A stretch of 64,000 bases of DNA from Candidatus Pacebacteria bacterium CG2_30_36_39. GTDB lineage: Bacteria; Patescibacteriota; Microgenomatia; UBA1400; PJMF01. The translations under genes and the position numbers were made by a program. Below the pieces are notes generated by a model. The model saw nothing but the letters and a program-made list of their open reading frames with translations, made no database searches and was not told where the DNA came from. The DNA lies in the NCBI GenBank assembly GCA_001873435.1, contig MNZB01000002.1, positions 129,620 through 193,619 on the forward strand, given 5' to 3'. Of this stretch, positions 28,289 to 38,512 are shown in pieces (position 1 is the stretch's first letter; every line of letters starts with the position of its first letter).

Positions 28289-29143
28289 CTATAAGAATAG
28301 TAGCATTAAAGCTCCAGCTCCAATGGCTCCTAAGCCTACTGAGAGGTATTTTAGCCAGTTCTCTGGGCCTGTTTGAGGTAGAGTTGATGGCAATGGAGGT
28401 TGAGTTGGCTGAATAGTTACCGTTACGCTGCTAGATGACGATGAGCTAGAGCTACTGGAACTTCCACTGGAAGTGGGTTGTGCTGTAGGTTGAGCAGTTG
28501 GCTGAGAAGTGGGTTGTGCTGTAGGCTCAACAGTGGCTTGACCAGTTGGTAATGGCAAACACTCATTTGCGCCATCTTCTGGACTGTAACAATATGATCC
28601 AGAAGTACAATCAGCATCAGTATCACATTCGTCTGGCTGGGTAGTTGGAGTTGGCTCTTCAGTTGGACTTGGTTCGACGGTAGGCTCAGCAGTGGGAGTT
28701 GGAGTTGTACAGGCAGTCATGTTAGTTGTCCATGCTCCACCAGCAGAAGGACAACAGTAGTTTGTACCACCACATGGCTCAACTCTGCCTCTTACATTAC
28801 ACAAACTTTCAGCTGCTGATCCATCTGCTTCTGGAGGTGTACAGTTTCTTAAAACACCATCATTACCAGGGCATTGTTCAGTACATTGAGAAGCTTGTTG
28901 GCGAATATCTTGAGGTTTTTGTACTTGGTTTAAAGCGATGAAGCCACCGATTCCAAGAATTAAAACTATTAGACCAGCAATAATATAGGTATTGGTATTA
29001 GATTTTTTTTCTTGAGGAGGTTCTGTTTGAACTGGTGCTGCTGGAGCAGCTGGTTGTGTTGGATCAACTGGAGGGGCAGATACTGGTTGCTGTGGAACAG
29101 CGGTAGTTGGTGATGGTGGTTGTTGACCTGTTACATTAATCAT
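28289..29143 (-). CDS. Cys-rich, Pro/Thr/Ser-rich surface protein with C-terminal LPQTG and hydrophobic tail
   Basis: N-terminal P/Q-rich stretch, TM, two Cys clusters, PT/QPTA repeats, poly-Ser, LPQTG then hydrophobic C-terminus. Confidence 0.85.
   Translation of the reverse strand: MINVTGQQPPSPTTAVPQQPVSAPPVDPTQPAAPAAPVQTEPPQEKKSNTNTYIIAGLIVLILGIGGFIALNQVQKPQDIRQQASQCTEQCPGNDGVLRNCTPPEADGSAAESLCNVRGRVEPCGGTNYCCPSAGGAWTTNMTACTTPTPTAEPTVEPSPTEEPTPTTQPDECDTDADCTSGSYCYSPEDGANECLPLPTGQATVEPTAQPTSQPTAQPTAQPTSSGSSSSSSSSSSSSVTVTIQPTQPPLPSTLPQTGPENWLKYLSVGLGAIGAGALMLLFL
28470..28525 (+). repeat. 20-bp direct repeat (36-bp period) encoding QPT repeats
   Basis: GAAGTGGGTTGTGCTGTAGG at 28470-28489 and 28506-28525. 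Confidence 0.85.
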
Positions 29144-29265
29144 ATGGATAAAATATTTTAATTCCTTATTTAGATTACTCTATAATAAAGAAGTTTGTAA
29201 ATACCTAGTTCATCAGAAGAAAAACATAATAAACTAGATACACTTTGATATAATATAGATTAATT

Positions 29266-29469
29266 ATGGGTTTTAAAGAAAAGAGAACTCCTAGCAGAAC
29301 AGATTTAGAAAAATTTACAGATGATGAAATTGTTAATCGTTTTGGTTTGTTGCACTTGCTTATTTCTCTAACAAAATCACAAAAAAGACATGATAGTGAT
29401 CGTCATATCAGGAGAATTGAGAGATCAGAAAAAGCAGAAAAGAAAAAAGGTACGGGAAAAGAAGAATAG
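29266..29469 (+). CDS. Small charged hypothetical protein
   Basis: 67-aa ORF fills the gap; TGATATAAT just upstream. Confidence 0.55.
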   Translation: MGFKEKRTPSRTDLEKFTDDEIVNRFGLLHLLISLTKSQKRHDSDRHIRRIERSEKAEKKKGTGKEE

Positions 29470-29503
29470 AATTAGTTTAGTATTTGGTTGTATGATTTAG
29501 TAA

Positions 29504-31249
29504 ATGAATAAATTGATTAAGTTTTGTTTTAATTCTACATATTTCAAGTTAATTATAATTTTATTATTTGCGCTATTTTTAAGATTATTTAGATTATCAG
29601 AGTCCCCTCCAAGATTAACTCATGATGAAATGAGTATTGGTTACAATGCTTTTTCTATAATTAAAACTGGCAAGGATGAGTGGGGTAAGATTCTTCCTTT
29701 GGATTTTGAAGCATTTGGTGATCATAAATTACCAGGATACATATATGCATTGGCACCTTTTTTAGCTTTTTTTCAATTGAGTTCGTTTGTTGTTAAAATT
29801 CCATCAATTTTAGCTGGAGTAGCAGTTGTGATTGGTATTTTTTTGATTATAAAAAATCTCACAAAGAATGATTCATTGTCATTGTTTGGTGCTTTGCTAA
29901 TGGCTATAAGTCCTTGGTCAATTCAAATTTCCAGAATGGCGTTGGAATCTCATTTGGCCTTATTATTTTTTATTTTTGGCTTGTATTACTTGCTGACAAT
30001 GTTTGATTTTAAGAAGAATAATACTAAAAATTTTATTTTCAATAACTATAGAGTCATTCTTTCTGCAATTTTACTTGGGTTAACTTCATATTTTTATGTT
30101 GCTTACAGATTAATAACTTTTTTATTAATAATTATTTTATTTATTTTGTCTTTGAAATATGAATTAAATAGAAAAAAAATACTTATTTTTTGTTTATTTT
30201 TTTTAATAATAGTTTCTCCTATCATGCAGCAGATATTTGGCAAATCTGGATCAGCAAGATTTAATCAAATTTCTATGTTTTCTGATGAGGGGATAAATTC
30301 TACTATATTAGAACAACATAATTTTTGTTTTTTGTCACAGCCTAAATTTTTACCAAAAGTTTGTAGATTGATTTATAACAAACCATTTTTGTATGTTGAA
30401 ACCTTTACAAAAAATTACCTAACTTTTATCTTTCCAAGCTTTCTATTTATAAACGGAGATAAATTAGAATATTTAAATAATCCAGGTTTTGGTGAATTTT
30501 ATTTATTTTTGGTGCCATTTTATTTAATTGGTGTTTATGAATGGTTTAAAAAAACTGGCTATAAAGCAAATTTAATTAAAATTTGTTTTTTGATTTCACC
30601 CATTCCGTCTGCGCTAGCTGGTTATCCTCAAATTGTGAGAGGAAGTGCATTACTTCCATTTATTATTTTGTTTATTTCTTTTGGGATTTTTGAAGTATTT
30701 TCTTTAATAAAGAATAGATATTTTAAAATTATGTTTTATTTATTAATAATATTTTTACTATTAATTTCTTTTATTAGATTTTATGTTAGTTATACATATA
30801 TTTATCCGGGTAAATATGAAACAGCCTTTTATCCGTTGTCAGACAAGCTTGTCGCATTTTTAGATAATCAAGAATCTAATTATGACATGATATATTTTGA
30901 TAAAAATTCTTTTCCTGATGCTCATATTCTTATTTCTTTTTATCAAAAAATAGATCCGCTTTGGTATCAAGAAAATATATTACGTCCTATTAATAAGGAT
31001 GGCTTTGGATTTTCTCATCCAACAAAACTTGGAAAATATGAATTTGGGGAAAATATAGTTGATAATTTTATCTGTATGACTGATGACAAACGCAAGATTT
31101 TATATATTACCAATAATTCTCAAATTATTCCTCAATGGAACTTAAAAGATTTTTCTAATGTTCATATTCAAACAAAAATCTATGATATTGATAAAACAAG
31201 AGATGAGCTTAGGAGTAGTAATAAATTTTTAAGCATCTGTCATGATTAG
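29504..31249 (+). CDS. GT-C glycosyltransferase, 'DE...FGDxK' family
   Basis: FLRLFRL..PPRLTHDE..GYNA.SI.KTG.DEWG...FGDHKLP, SPW..SRMA.E; AT-rich. Confidence 0.85.
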   Translation: MNKLIKFCFNSTYFKLIIILLFALFLRLFRLSESPPRLTHDEMSIGYNAFSIIKTGKDEWGKILPLDFEAFGDHKLPGYIYALAPFLAFFQLSSFVVKIPSILAGVAVVIGIFLIIKNLTKNDSLSLFGALLMAISPWSIQISRMALESHLALLFFIFGLYYLLTMFDFKKNNTKNFIFNNYRVILSAILLGLTSYFYVAYRLITFLLIIILFILSLKYELNRKKILIFCLFFLIIVSPIMQQIFGKSGSARFNQISMFSDEGINSTILEQHNFCFLSQPKFLPKVCRLIYNKPFLYVETFTKNYLTFIFPSFLFINGDKLEYLNNPGFGEFYLFLVPFYLIGVYEWFKKTGYKANLIKICFLISPIPSALAGYPQIVRGSALLPFIILFISFGIFEVFSLIKNRYFKIMFYLLIIFLLLISFIRFYVSYTYIYPGKYETAFYPLSDKLVAFLDNQESNYDMIYFDKNSFPDAHILISFYQKIDPLWYQENILRPINKDGFGFSHPTKLGKYEFGENIVDNFICMTDDKRKILYITNNSQIIPQWNLKDFSNVHIQTKIYDIDKTRDELRSSNKFLSICHD

Positions 31250-32942
31250 TATGTCTTTTAAAATTTCAAAGAAAATATTATTGAGTTTAATAGTAGTATT
31301 TTTATTTTCATTATTCATAAGTCGTAGTTTATTTACCAATCTCTTACCAAGAACAGATGATTTAGAACTACATGGAGCTAGGGTGGCAAGCTATTATTTA
31401 GCTTTAAAACAGGGGCAATTACCTGTTTATTGGGGACCAAATTTATATTATGGTTTTGGTTATCCTGTTTTTCTTTTTTCTTATCAATTTCCATATATAT
31501 TGGCAACACTTTTTTATGTCATGGGTTTTAGCATTGAGATTAGTCTCAATATTTTATTAATAATTTTTATAACTATTGGTGGGTTGGGAATTTTCTATCT
31601 TTCATATTTATTAAATAAAAATATTTATTTAGCAATTATTTCGAGTTTTATTTATCAAACATCTCCATACATACTATTAAATACTTTTGTTAGAGGAGCA
31701 TTGGGTGAAATAGCTTTTTTAAGTTTGTTTCCATGGGTTTTTGTCATGCTAATTCTACGTAAGCATGCCAATAAATGGTGGTATCTATTTTTTTCTGTTT
31801 TAATATTTACGAGCTTAATTTTGTCACATCCTGTTTCATTGCTGGTGGCGATGCCAATTATTGTTTTTTGGTTAATATTCAACGGTTATTATTCTGAATT
31901 AAAAAATGTTTTTAAGAATAAAAATAATTTAAATTTTATTTTTAGTTGTTTATTATCAATTGGCATTTCGTCATTTTATTGGATTCCATTTATTTTTGAG
32001 AAAAAAAATATTGTGATAGCTTCTCACAGTATTATTAATAATTTTTCTTTGAGATTTATATCTTTGAGCCAAATATTTTTTTCAAAATGGGGATATGGTG
32101 GAGCAGATTTAACCAAGTTGCATGATGTTTTTCCAGCCACTCTTGGATTTTCTATTATATTTATAGTCATGTATTCATTTTTTAAAATTTTTAATAAATA
32201 TAAACTTAACAAATTAAATAAAACATTTGATAAGAATATATTTTTTTGGTTAATTATTTTTTTTGTTGCTGTTTTTTTGATGTTATCAATATCTATAAAT
32301 ATCTGGAATTTTTCTAAAATTTTGCCATATCTACAATATCCTTGGCGGTTATTTTGGGTTACAGTTTTTTCTGGAGTAATGATCTTGAATAGTTTGAAAA
32401 GTATCAATAGATATTTATTGATACTTTTGTTGCTAATTAGTTTTCACCATGCGATTTATTATGCAAAACCATTAAGCTATATACACAACTCAGATCATGA
32501 CTGGTTGGAATATTTTGGAACTTCAACTTCAGACAATGAACTAAAACCAAAATGGTTTGATGAAAATAAAAATATTGGAATAGAAAATAAGATAGTGTTA
32601 AATTCAGAAAATGATAACAAAAAAATTACCAGCTTATTATGGACTGGAAGTAAAATAAGTTACCAAATATACCTTGAAGAACCAACTCAAGTAATTCAAA
32701 AAACAATGTATTTTCCTGGTTGGGAAGTGTATATAGATGGCAACAAAACCGAGATAGATTATCAAACAGCATCATATCCTGGTAGGATATTGTATTCAGT
32801 TCCACCAGGCAGTCATCAAATTATTAGTAAATTTACTAATAATACTTATCCAAGAAAAATTGGAATTTATTTTACTTTAATTTCTACCTCAACATGGATG
32901 TTATTGGTAATATTCGCTTTTTTTAATAAAAAACTACGCTAA
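31242..32942 (+). CDS. GT-C-like membrane protein (YfhO/PTPS-related family)
   Basis: DDLELH, GFGYPVF, RGALGE, LSHP, QYPWR, YFPGWEVYIDG. Confidence 0.8.
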   Translation: MISMSFKISKKILLSLIVVFLFSLFISRSLFTNLLPRTDDLELHGARVASYYLALKQGQLPVYWGPNLYYGFGYPVFLFSYQFPYILATLFYVMGFSIEISLNILLIIFITIGGLGIFYLSYLLNKNIYLAIISSFIYQTSPYILLNTFVRGALGEIAFLSLFPWVFVMLILRKHANKWWYLFFSVLIFTSLILSHPVSLLVAMPIIVFWLIFNGYYSELKNVFKNKNNLNFIFSCLLSIGISSFYWIPFIFEKKNIVIASHSIINNFSLRFISLSQIFFSKWGYGGADLTKLHDVFPATLGFSIIFIVMYSFFKIFNKYKLNKLNKTFDKNIFFWLIIFFVAVFLMLSISINIWNFSKILPYLQYPWRLFWVTVFSGVMILNSLKSINRYLLILLLLISFHHAIYYAKPLSYIHNSDHDWLEYFGTSTSDNELKPKWFDENKNIGIENKIVLNSENDNKKITSLLWTGSKISYQIYLEEPTQVIQKTMYFPGWEVYIDGNKTEIDYQTASYPGRILYSVPPGSHQIISKFTNNTYPRKIGIYFTLISTSTWMLLVIFAFFNKKLR

Positions 32943-32979
32943 TTGTATCCACTCTTTTCTACAGGTACAATTGCTTTTA

Positions 32980-33894
32980 ATGACCAATAAACTCTCAGTT
33001 CTAATTCACACCAAAGACGTTGCTGAAACATTAGAAAAAACTTTATCATCAGTAAAATTTGCTGATGAAATAGTTATTGTTGACATGGAAAGCTCTGACG
33101 ACACATTGAAAATTGCCAAAAAATATACCAACAACATATTTCATCATGAAGATGTCGGTTATGCTGATCCAGCCCGTAATTTCGCTATTTCCAAGGCTAC
33201 CAACGAATGGATACTAGTAGTTGATGCTGACGAGGTAATCTCTGAAGAACTAAGAGAAATAATTCTAGAAACAATAAACAATAAAGATTCAGCTGATATC
33301 TATCATTTACCTAGAAAAAACTTTGTCTTTAACAAATGGATTATGAAAACAGGTTGGTGGCCAGATTACCAGCCAAGACTATTCCGCAAGGGCACCGTGT
33401 CATGGCAAGTCGGAGTTCATCGTTTACCAGATATGACAGGTACTCAGGAAAAATTTCCAGCTGAAGAAAAATATGCCATAGAACATGCTAATTATATTGA
33501 TACAAGTCATTTTATTAAAAAATTAAATCACTACACATCAATTCAAGCAATTGAGAGATTAGACACTAATAAACAAAACAAAGAACAATATAGTACTAAT
33601 AAACTTTTTGAGATTTTTGCCAACGAACTAGCTAAAAGATCATTAATGATGAATGGCACTGAAGAAGGCTTACATGGAACATCCTTATCATTTCTTCAAG
33701 CTACCTATGAAGCAGTCATATATTTAAAACAATGGGGTGAAACCGGATACAAAGAAACCAAGCCTGAAGATTTTGGAGCAACCCTAAATCATATTCAAAA
33801 AATTTGGCGCTATTGGTGGGCAGACTACAAAGTTAGACATTCATCTGGACTAACATCCATATATTGGAGAATTAGACGTAAGCTTTATTTATAA
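32980..33894 (+). CDS. GT2 glycosyltransferase (KdtX/WaaE-like)
   Basis: FADEIVIVD.ESSD.T, ARNFA, VDADE, WWPDYQPRLFR, VH. Confidence 0.88.
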   Translation: MTNKLSVLIHTKDVAETLEKTLSSVKFADEIVIVDMESSDDTLKIAKKYTNNIFHHEDVGYADPARNFAISKATNEWILVVDADEVISEELREIILETINNKDSADIYHLPRKNFVFNKWIMKTGWWPDYQPRLFRKGTVSWQVGVHRLPDMTGTQEKFPAEEKYAIEHANYIDTSHFIKKLNHYTSIQAIERLDTNKQNKEQYSTNKLFEIFANELAKRSLMMNGTEEGLHGTSLSFLQATYEAVIYLKQWGETGYKETKPEDFGATLNHIQKIWRYWWADYKVRHSSGLTSIYWRIRRKLYL

Positions 33895-33910
33895 GTTAAA
33901 CACGAATTTA

Positions 33911-35635
33911 TTGATGAAAAAAACACTTTTTTCCAGTAAAAATATTTTTTTATTAATCATTGCTTTATCAATATTTCTTAGATTTTTTAAGCTAGGCTCT
34001 GTTCCTCCAGAATTAAATAGAGATGAAGCTTCTCTTGGATATACAGCCTACTCAATTTTAAAAACAGGTCATGAAGAACATGGAAAATATTGGCCAGTTC
34101 AAATAGAGTCTTTTGGCGATTGGAAATTGCCTTTATATATTTATACATTAATCCCATTTATTACAGTATTTAATTTGGAACCATGGGTAGTGCGCCTTCC
34201 ATCAGCTTTAGCTGGAATTGGTATCGTTGTTGTTAGTAGATTTTTAATTTTGCAGTTATTTAGAGAGAATAAGTATAAAGATAAGCTAGCAGTTCTAGTT
34301 CCGCTATTATTAGCGATTAGTCCCTGGGAAATACACTTTTCTCACGTTGCCTATGAAGCTCATCTGAGTCTGTTTTTCTTTATTTTGGGCTTGCTGGGAA
34401 TTTTAATTGTAAGAAATAAGCTCATTGAACAAAAAATATTTGATTACAAATTATTAACGATATCTATTCTTTCATGTGTTATCACTTTGCTTGGATATCA
34501 TGCCTACCAAGTGTTTATTCCGCTATTTTTAATAGGTCTAGCGGTCTTATCCAGATCAGAAATCAATCAATTGAACAAAGCTTATGGTTTAAAACAAAAA
34601 TTAATACCAATAATTCCTATATTTTTAATTGGATCACTATTATTAATAAGTGGCGTTAATGGAGCAAATAAAACTAAATTTAGTGGACTTTCAATATTTA
34701 ATTTATCTTCATATTCAAATGAGGTCAGCAAAGAAAGAGTTATGTTGGAATCTCCAAATAATCTCTTTTTTGTAGGAGCGATAAATAAGGGATCTGCTTT
34801 CTTGCAAAAAATTCAAGCAAATTTTTTTGATTTAATTTCACCTGATTTCATTTTTACCAAGGGAGGAGTCAATGGTGCTCATAATATTACAGGCTTTGGT
34901 AATTTATATCCCATATTATTTTTTGGTCTAGTAGTTGGATTGGCACAAATAATTATAAGCACAAACTTTAGTTTAAATATCTTAGGAATATGGATATTAG
35001 CAGCTGCAGTAGCTCCAATGATTACTTTTACAGCAAATCACACCACAAGATTCTCACCAGTGTTCTTGTCATTAGAAATATTATCGGTTTATGGATATTT
35101 AGTAATATTTGATTTTTTTAAAAACAAATTGTCTGGTAAACTATTTAAATTATTTATAACGATCTTTGCTATAGGACTATCCTATAGCGCATATTACTTT
35201 TTAATTCACTACTTTTTTATCTTTCCACACAAGGATGCAGTTCGTTGGTCTTGGCAAATGAAACCACTAGTTTTTCAATTGGATGCAATTAAAAATAATT
35301 ATGACAAAGTCATTGTTCAGGATGAACAGAGCTCACCATATATCTACTTTTTATTTTATCTTAAAATTGATCCACTAACCTTATCAAAAAGAATGGAATA
35401 CTACCCAATTGATTCGGAAGGATTCAGGCATGTAAAACGTTTAGACAATATTTATTTTGAAAAAATTAATTGGGAAATAACTAATTATTTAGAAGAAGGC
35501 AGATTGTTTGTAATTTCAGATAAAGAAATACCAGACTACAATCGTTATCACGAAAGATTCTCTCTTCTAACCAGTCTGGAAAATGAATACGTAGAACAAA
35601 AAATTGAGCTTTGGGAGTATGAACCCTTTCACTAG
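33911..35635 (+). CDS. GT-C glycosyltransferase, 'DE...FGDxK' family
   Basis: FLRFFKL..NRDEASLGYTAYSILKTG...ESFGDWKLP, VRLPSA, SPW..FS. Confidence 0.86.
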   Translation: MMKKTLFSSKNIFLLIIALSIFLRFFKLGSVPPELNRDEASLGYTAYSILKTGHEEHGKYWPVQIESFGDWKLPLYIYTLIPFITVFNLEPWVVRLPSALAGIGIVVVSRFLILQLFRENKYKDKLAVLVPLLLAISPWEIHFSHVAYEAHLSLFFFILGLLGILIVRNKLIEQKIFDYKLLTISILSCVITLLGYHAYQVFIPLFLIGLAVLSRSEINQLNKAYGLKQKLIPIIPIFLIGSLLLISGVNGANKTKFSGLSIFNLSSYSNEVSKERVMLESPNNLFFVGAINKGSAFLQKIQANFFDLISPDFIFTKGGVNGAHNITGFGNLYPILFFGLVVGLAQIIISTNFSLNILGIWILAAAVAPMITFTANHTTRFSPVFLSLEILSVYGYLVIFDFFKNKLSGKLFKLFITIFAIGLSYSAYYFLIHYFFIFPHKDAVRWSWQMKPLVFQLDAIKNNYDKVIVQDEQSSPYIYFLFYLKIDPLTLSKRMEYYPIDSEGFRHVKRLDNIYFEKINWEITNYLEEGRLFVISDKEIPDYNRYHERFSLLTSLENEYVEQKIELWEYEPFH

Positions 35636-35643
35636 ACGGTATA

Positions 35644-36573
35644 ATGGGAATTACTATGGAACACGTTACAACTTTAATAGTTAATTACAACACTCCAAAG
35701 GAAACGGACTTAGCCATCCGTTCGGCTGTCAATGCCACCGCTAATGGCTTTATTCATCGGGTAATAGTCATTGATAACGGCTCCAAAGAACCACTCAAAA
35801 TAGCCAAGGACCTGCAAAATAAAAATATTGAATTAATCCGTAGTGAATCAAACTTAGGATTTACTGGTGGTAACAACCTAGGCATGAGTCATGCAGTTAA
35901 AAACTATCAAACCGACTATTTTTTCCTGCTAAATTCAGATGCAGAAGTTGAAAAAGAAGGCATCCAGAAACTTTATGAATCAATTAAAGATGATCCTAAG
36001 GCTGGAATTGCTGTTTCTAAAATCTACTTTACCCCAGGACTAGAATTTCATCGTCGTAGCTACTCTAGAGCCGAAAAAGGTAAGATCTTATGGTACGCCG
36101 GCGGTAGCATTGATTGGCCAAATCTAGTGGCATATCATCGTGGTGTAGATGAAGTAGATCGTGGCCAATTTGATCAACAAACTACTTGTGATTTTGCCAC
36201 TGGTTGCGCACTTTTTGTTAAAAGAGTTGTTACCGAACACATTGGTATTCTAGACAAAAGATTTTTCCTATATTCAGAAGACGTGGATTTTAGTTTAAGA
36301 GCCAAAGAAGCTGGATACAGAATTGTGTTTGTACCAGAATCAATTGTCTGGCATATGAACGGAGGATCTATTGCAGGAGGTGCCGGATCAAAATTGCAAC
36401 AATATTATCAAACTCGCAATAGAATCTTGATTTCAGCTTTACACGGAACTTGGAGAAACAAACTTACTGCACTTAGGTTTGCTACACAAACTTTTTTACA
36501 TGGCAGTGATGCTGAGCGCAAGGGAGTTATGGATTTCTTTTTAATGCGTTTTGGCAAACAACCAATTGTTTAA
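35644..36573 (+). CDS. GT2 glycosyltransferase (WbbL/rhamnosyltransferase-like)
   Basis: IVNYN, IDNGS, NLGFTGGNN, LLNSD, GCAL, FFLYSEDVD, VWH. Confidence 0.88.
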   Translation: MGITMEHVTTLIVNYNTPKETDLAIRSAVNATANGFIHRVIVIDNGSKEPLKIAKDLQNKNIELIRSESNLGFTGGNNLGMSHAVKNYQTDYFFLLNSDAEVEKEGIQKLYESIKDDPKAGIAVSKIYFTPGLEFHRRSYSRAEKGKILWYAGGSIDWPNLVAYHRGVDEVDRGQFDQQTTCDFATGCALFVKRVVTEHIGILDKRFFLYSEDVDFSLRAKEAGYRIVFVPESIVWHMNGGSIAGGAGSKLQQYYQTRNRILISALHGTWRNKLTALRFATQTFLHGSDAERKGVMDFFLMRFGKQPIV

Positions 36574-36586
36574 AACAAAGAGACAT

Positions 36587-37408
36587 ATGGGTAAAAAAAT
36601 CTCAGCCATCATCTTAACCAAAAATGAAGCTCCAATGCTTGAGGTTTGTATTAAATCTCTACATTGGTGCGATGAAATTTTAGTAGTAGATAATGGTTCT
36701 ATTGATGAAACAGTTTCTTTGGCCGAACAACTTGGAGCCAGAGTTTTAAATTTCTCTCATCCATCCTTTGCCAGAAAAAGAAACGAAGCTCTTAAGCATG
36801 CAAAAGGCGATTGGGTGCTTTATGTTGATGCTGATGAAAGAATTACTCCTACCTTAGCTAAAGAAATCTTAGTACATATTGAAACTGATTCCTCTCCAGT
36901 TCTTCAATTTAAACGACAAAATATTTGTTATGGCTATGAATTAAATAATGGTGGTTGGGAAAACGATTTGGTAACTAGAGCATTTAAGAAAACTGCTTTA
37001 AAAGAATGGACTGGACAGATCCACGAAAGCCCTATTTATGATGGAAATGCAGAATTACTTCATTCCCCATTAATTCATTTAACACATCGCAGTACGGAAG
37101 AAAACCTCATTAAATCTGCAAATTGGACAAAATTAGAGGCAGAACTACTTTTTAAGGCCAACGAAAAACCAGTTGCGCTACTAACTATATTCCGCAAAGG
37201 AATTATGGAGTTTTTCCGTCGAGCAATATTTAAAAAAGGATATAAAGACGGCATGGCAGGATTAATTGAAGCAGTCGTTCAAGGAATAAATCGAATGATT
37301 GTTTATATCCAAGTTTGGGAATTACAACAAAAACCCAACTTGCCAGACAGATATTCAAAAATAGATAAAGACTTAATTGATTCTTGGGATAAAGAGAAGG
37401 AGATCTAA
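36587..37408 (+). CDS. GT2 glycosyltransferase (KdtX/WaaE-like)
   Basis: ISAIILTKNE, CDEILVVDNGS.D.T, FARKRN, VDADER, IHE, GYKDG..G. Confidence 0.88.
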   Translation: MGKKISAIILTKNEAPMLEVCIKSLHWCDEILVVDNGSIDETVSLAEQLGARVLNFSHPSFARKRNEALKHAKGDWVLYVDADERITPTLAKEILVHIETDSSPVLQFKRQNICYGYELNNGGWENDLVTRAFKKTALKEWTGQIHESPIYDGNAELLHSPLIHLTHRSTEENLIKSANWTKLEAELLFKANEKPVALLTIFRKGIMEFFRRAIFKKGYKDGMAGLIEAVVQGINRMIVYIQVWELQQKPNLPDRYSKIDKDLIDSWDKEKEI

Positions 37409-38512
37409 ATGAAAATTTGTCTTTATTCTCCATATTTTCCGAAACACATTGGTGGTGGTGAAAAGTATTTTTTGGATGTAGCTTTTGCTCTTGCTGATTA
37501 TGGAGAGGTTAACTTAGCAATTCCTCAAGAAAATTCAGAATCTTTTGCTGTTATTTATGATCGTTATGAAAAATTTCTGGGCAAAAGCATTTGCCAATTT
37601 AATTTAATTCCCTCACCACTAGGAACTAATAGCTCTTTTTTAAAAAAGCTTTTTTGGACTAGTAAATTTGATTTAATTTATGCTTTTACAGATGGTAGTT
37701 TTTTTCCTAGTCTGGCCAAAAAAAATGTCTTACATATTCAAACACCTCTCAAAAGACAACCATTGTCTATTATTGAAAAAATCAAACTTTCAGCTTGGAA
37801 TTTTATTAATACAAACTCTAGATTTACCAAAAAAATTGTTGAAAAATATTGGCAAATTAGAGTCGATGCTGTTCATAGACCAATGATTGATGTTGAATCA
37901 ATTAAAGATCTACAAAAAACCATTAAAAAAGAAAAAGTTATTTTGCATGTTGGGAGATTTTTTAGACAACTTCATAGCAAAAGACAAGACGTTCTAGTTG
38001 ATTTTTTTGCTGAATTAATTAAAAAAAATCCAACTTCAATGGCTGGCTGGAAATTAGTCCTTATTGGCTCAGTTGAAGACCAAGAATATGCTAGCGAGGT
38101 TGCAAAAAAAGCAGAAAACTTACCAATTGAAATAATCCATCAAATTTCCAGGAAAGATCTGAATGGTTGGTATGCCAAAGCCTCTATTTATTGGCATGCA
38201 ACTGGTTTTGATTTGGATGAAATGGAACATCCAGAAAAAATGGAGCATTTTGGTATTTCAACAGGCGAGGCTATGGCTGGAGGAGCAGTGCCTGTAGTAA
38301 TTAGTTCTGGTGGACAACCAGAGGTGTTAGGGGAAGATTTAACTAATTGGCTGTGGAGCAGTAAAGACGACTGTCTTGCTAAGACATTGGAACTTATTGA
38401 TAATAAAGATCTCTTGAAAACATGGTCAAAGAAAGCCACTAACTCAATTGAGAGATTTGATGAAATTCATTTTAAAAAAAATATCGAGCAAATGATGGGG
38501 AAAATATTATGA
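37409..38512 (+). CDS. GT4 glycosyltransferase
   Basis: GGGEKY, NSRFT, VGRF, KRQD, EHFGISTGEAMA.G. Confidence 0.9.
   Translation: MKICLYSPYFPKHIGGGEKYFLDVAFALADYGEVNLAIPQENSESFAVIYDRYEKFLGKSICQFNLIPSPLGTNSSFLKKLFWTSKFDLIYAFTDGSFFPSLAKKNVLHIQTPLKRQPLSIIEKIKLSAWNFINTNSRFTKKIVEKYWQIRVDAVHRPMIDVESIKDLQKTIKKEKVILHVGRFFRQLHSKRQDVLVDFFAELIKKNPTSMAGWKLVLIGSVEDQEYASEVAKKAENLPIEIIHQISRKDLNGWYAKASIYWHATGFDLDEMEHPEKMEHFGISTGEAMAGGAVPVVISSGGQPEVLGEDLTNWLWSSKDDCLAKTLELIDNKDLLKTWSKKATNSIERFDEIHFKKNIEQMMGKIL

Noticed and set aside
28425-28530. Possible CRISPR or VNTR-like repeat
   Set aside because: The repeats are in-frame and encode the QPT/Ser linker; there are no unique spacers.
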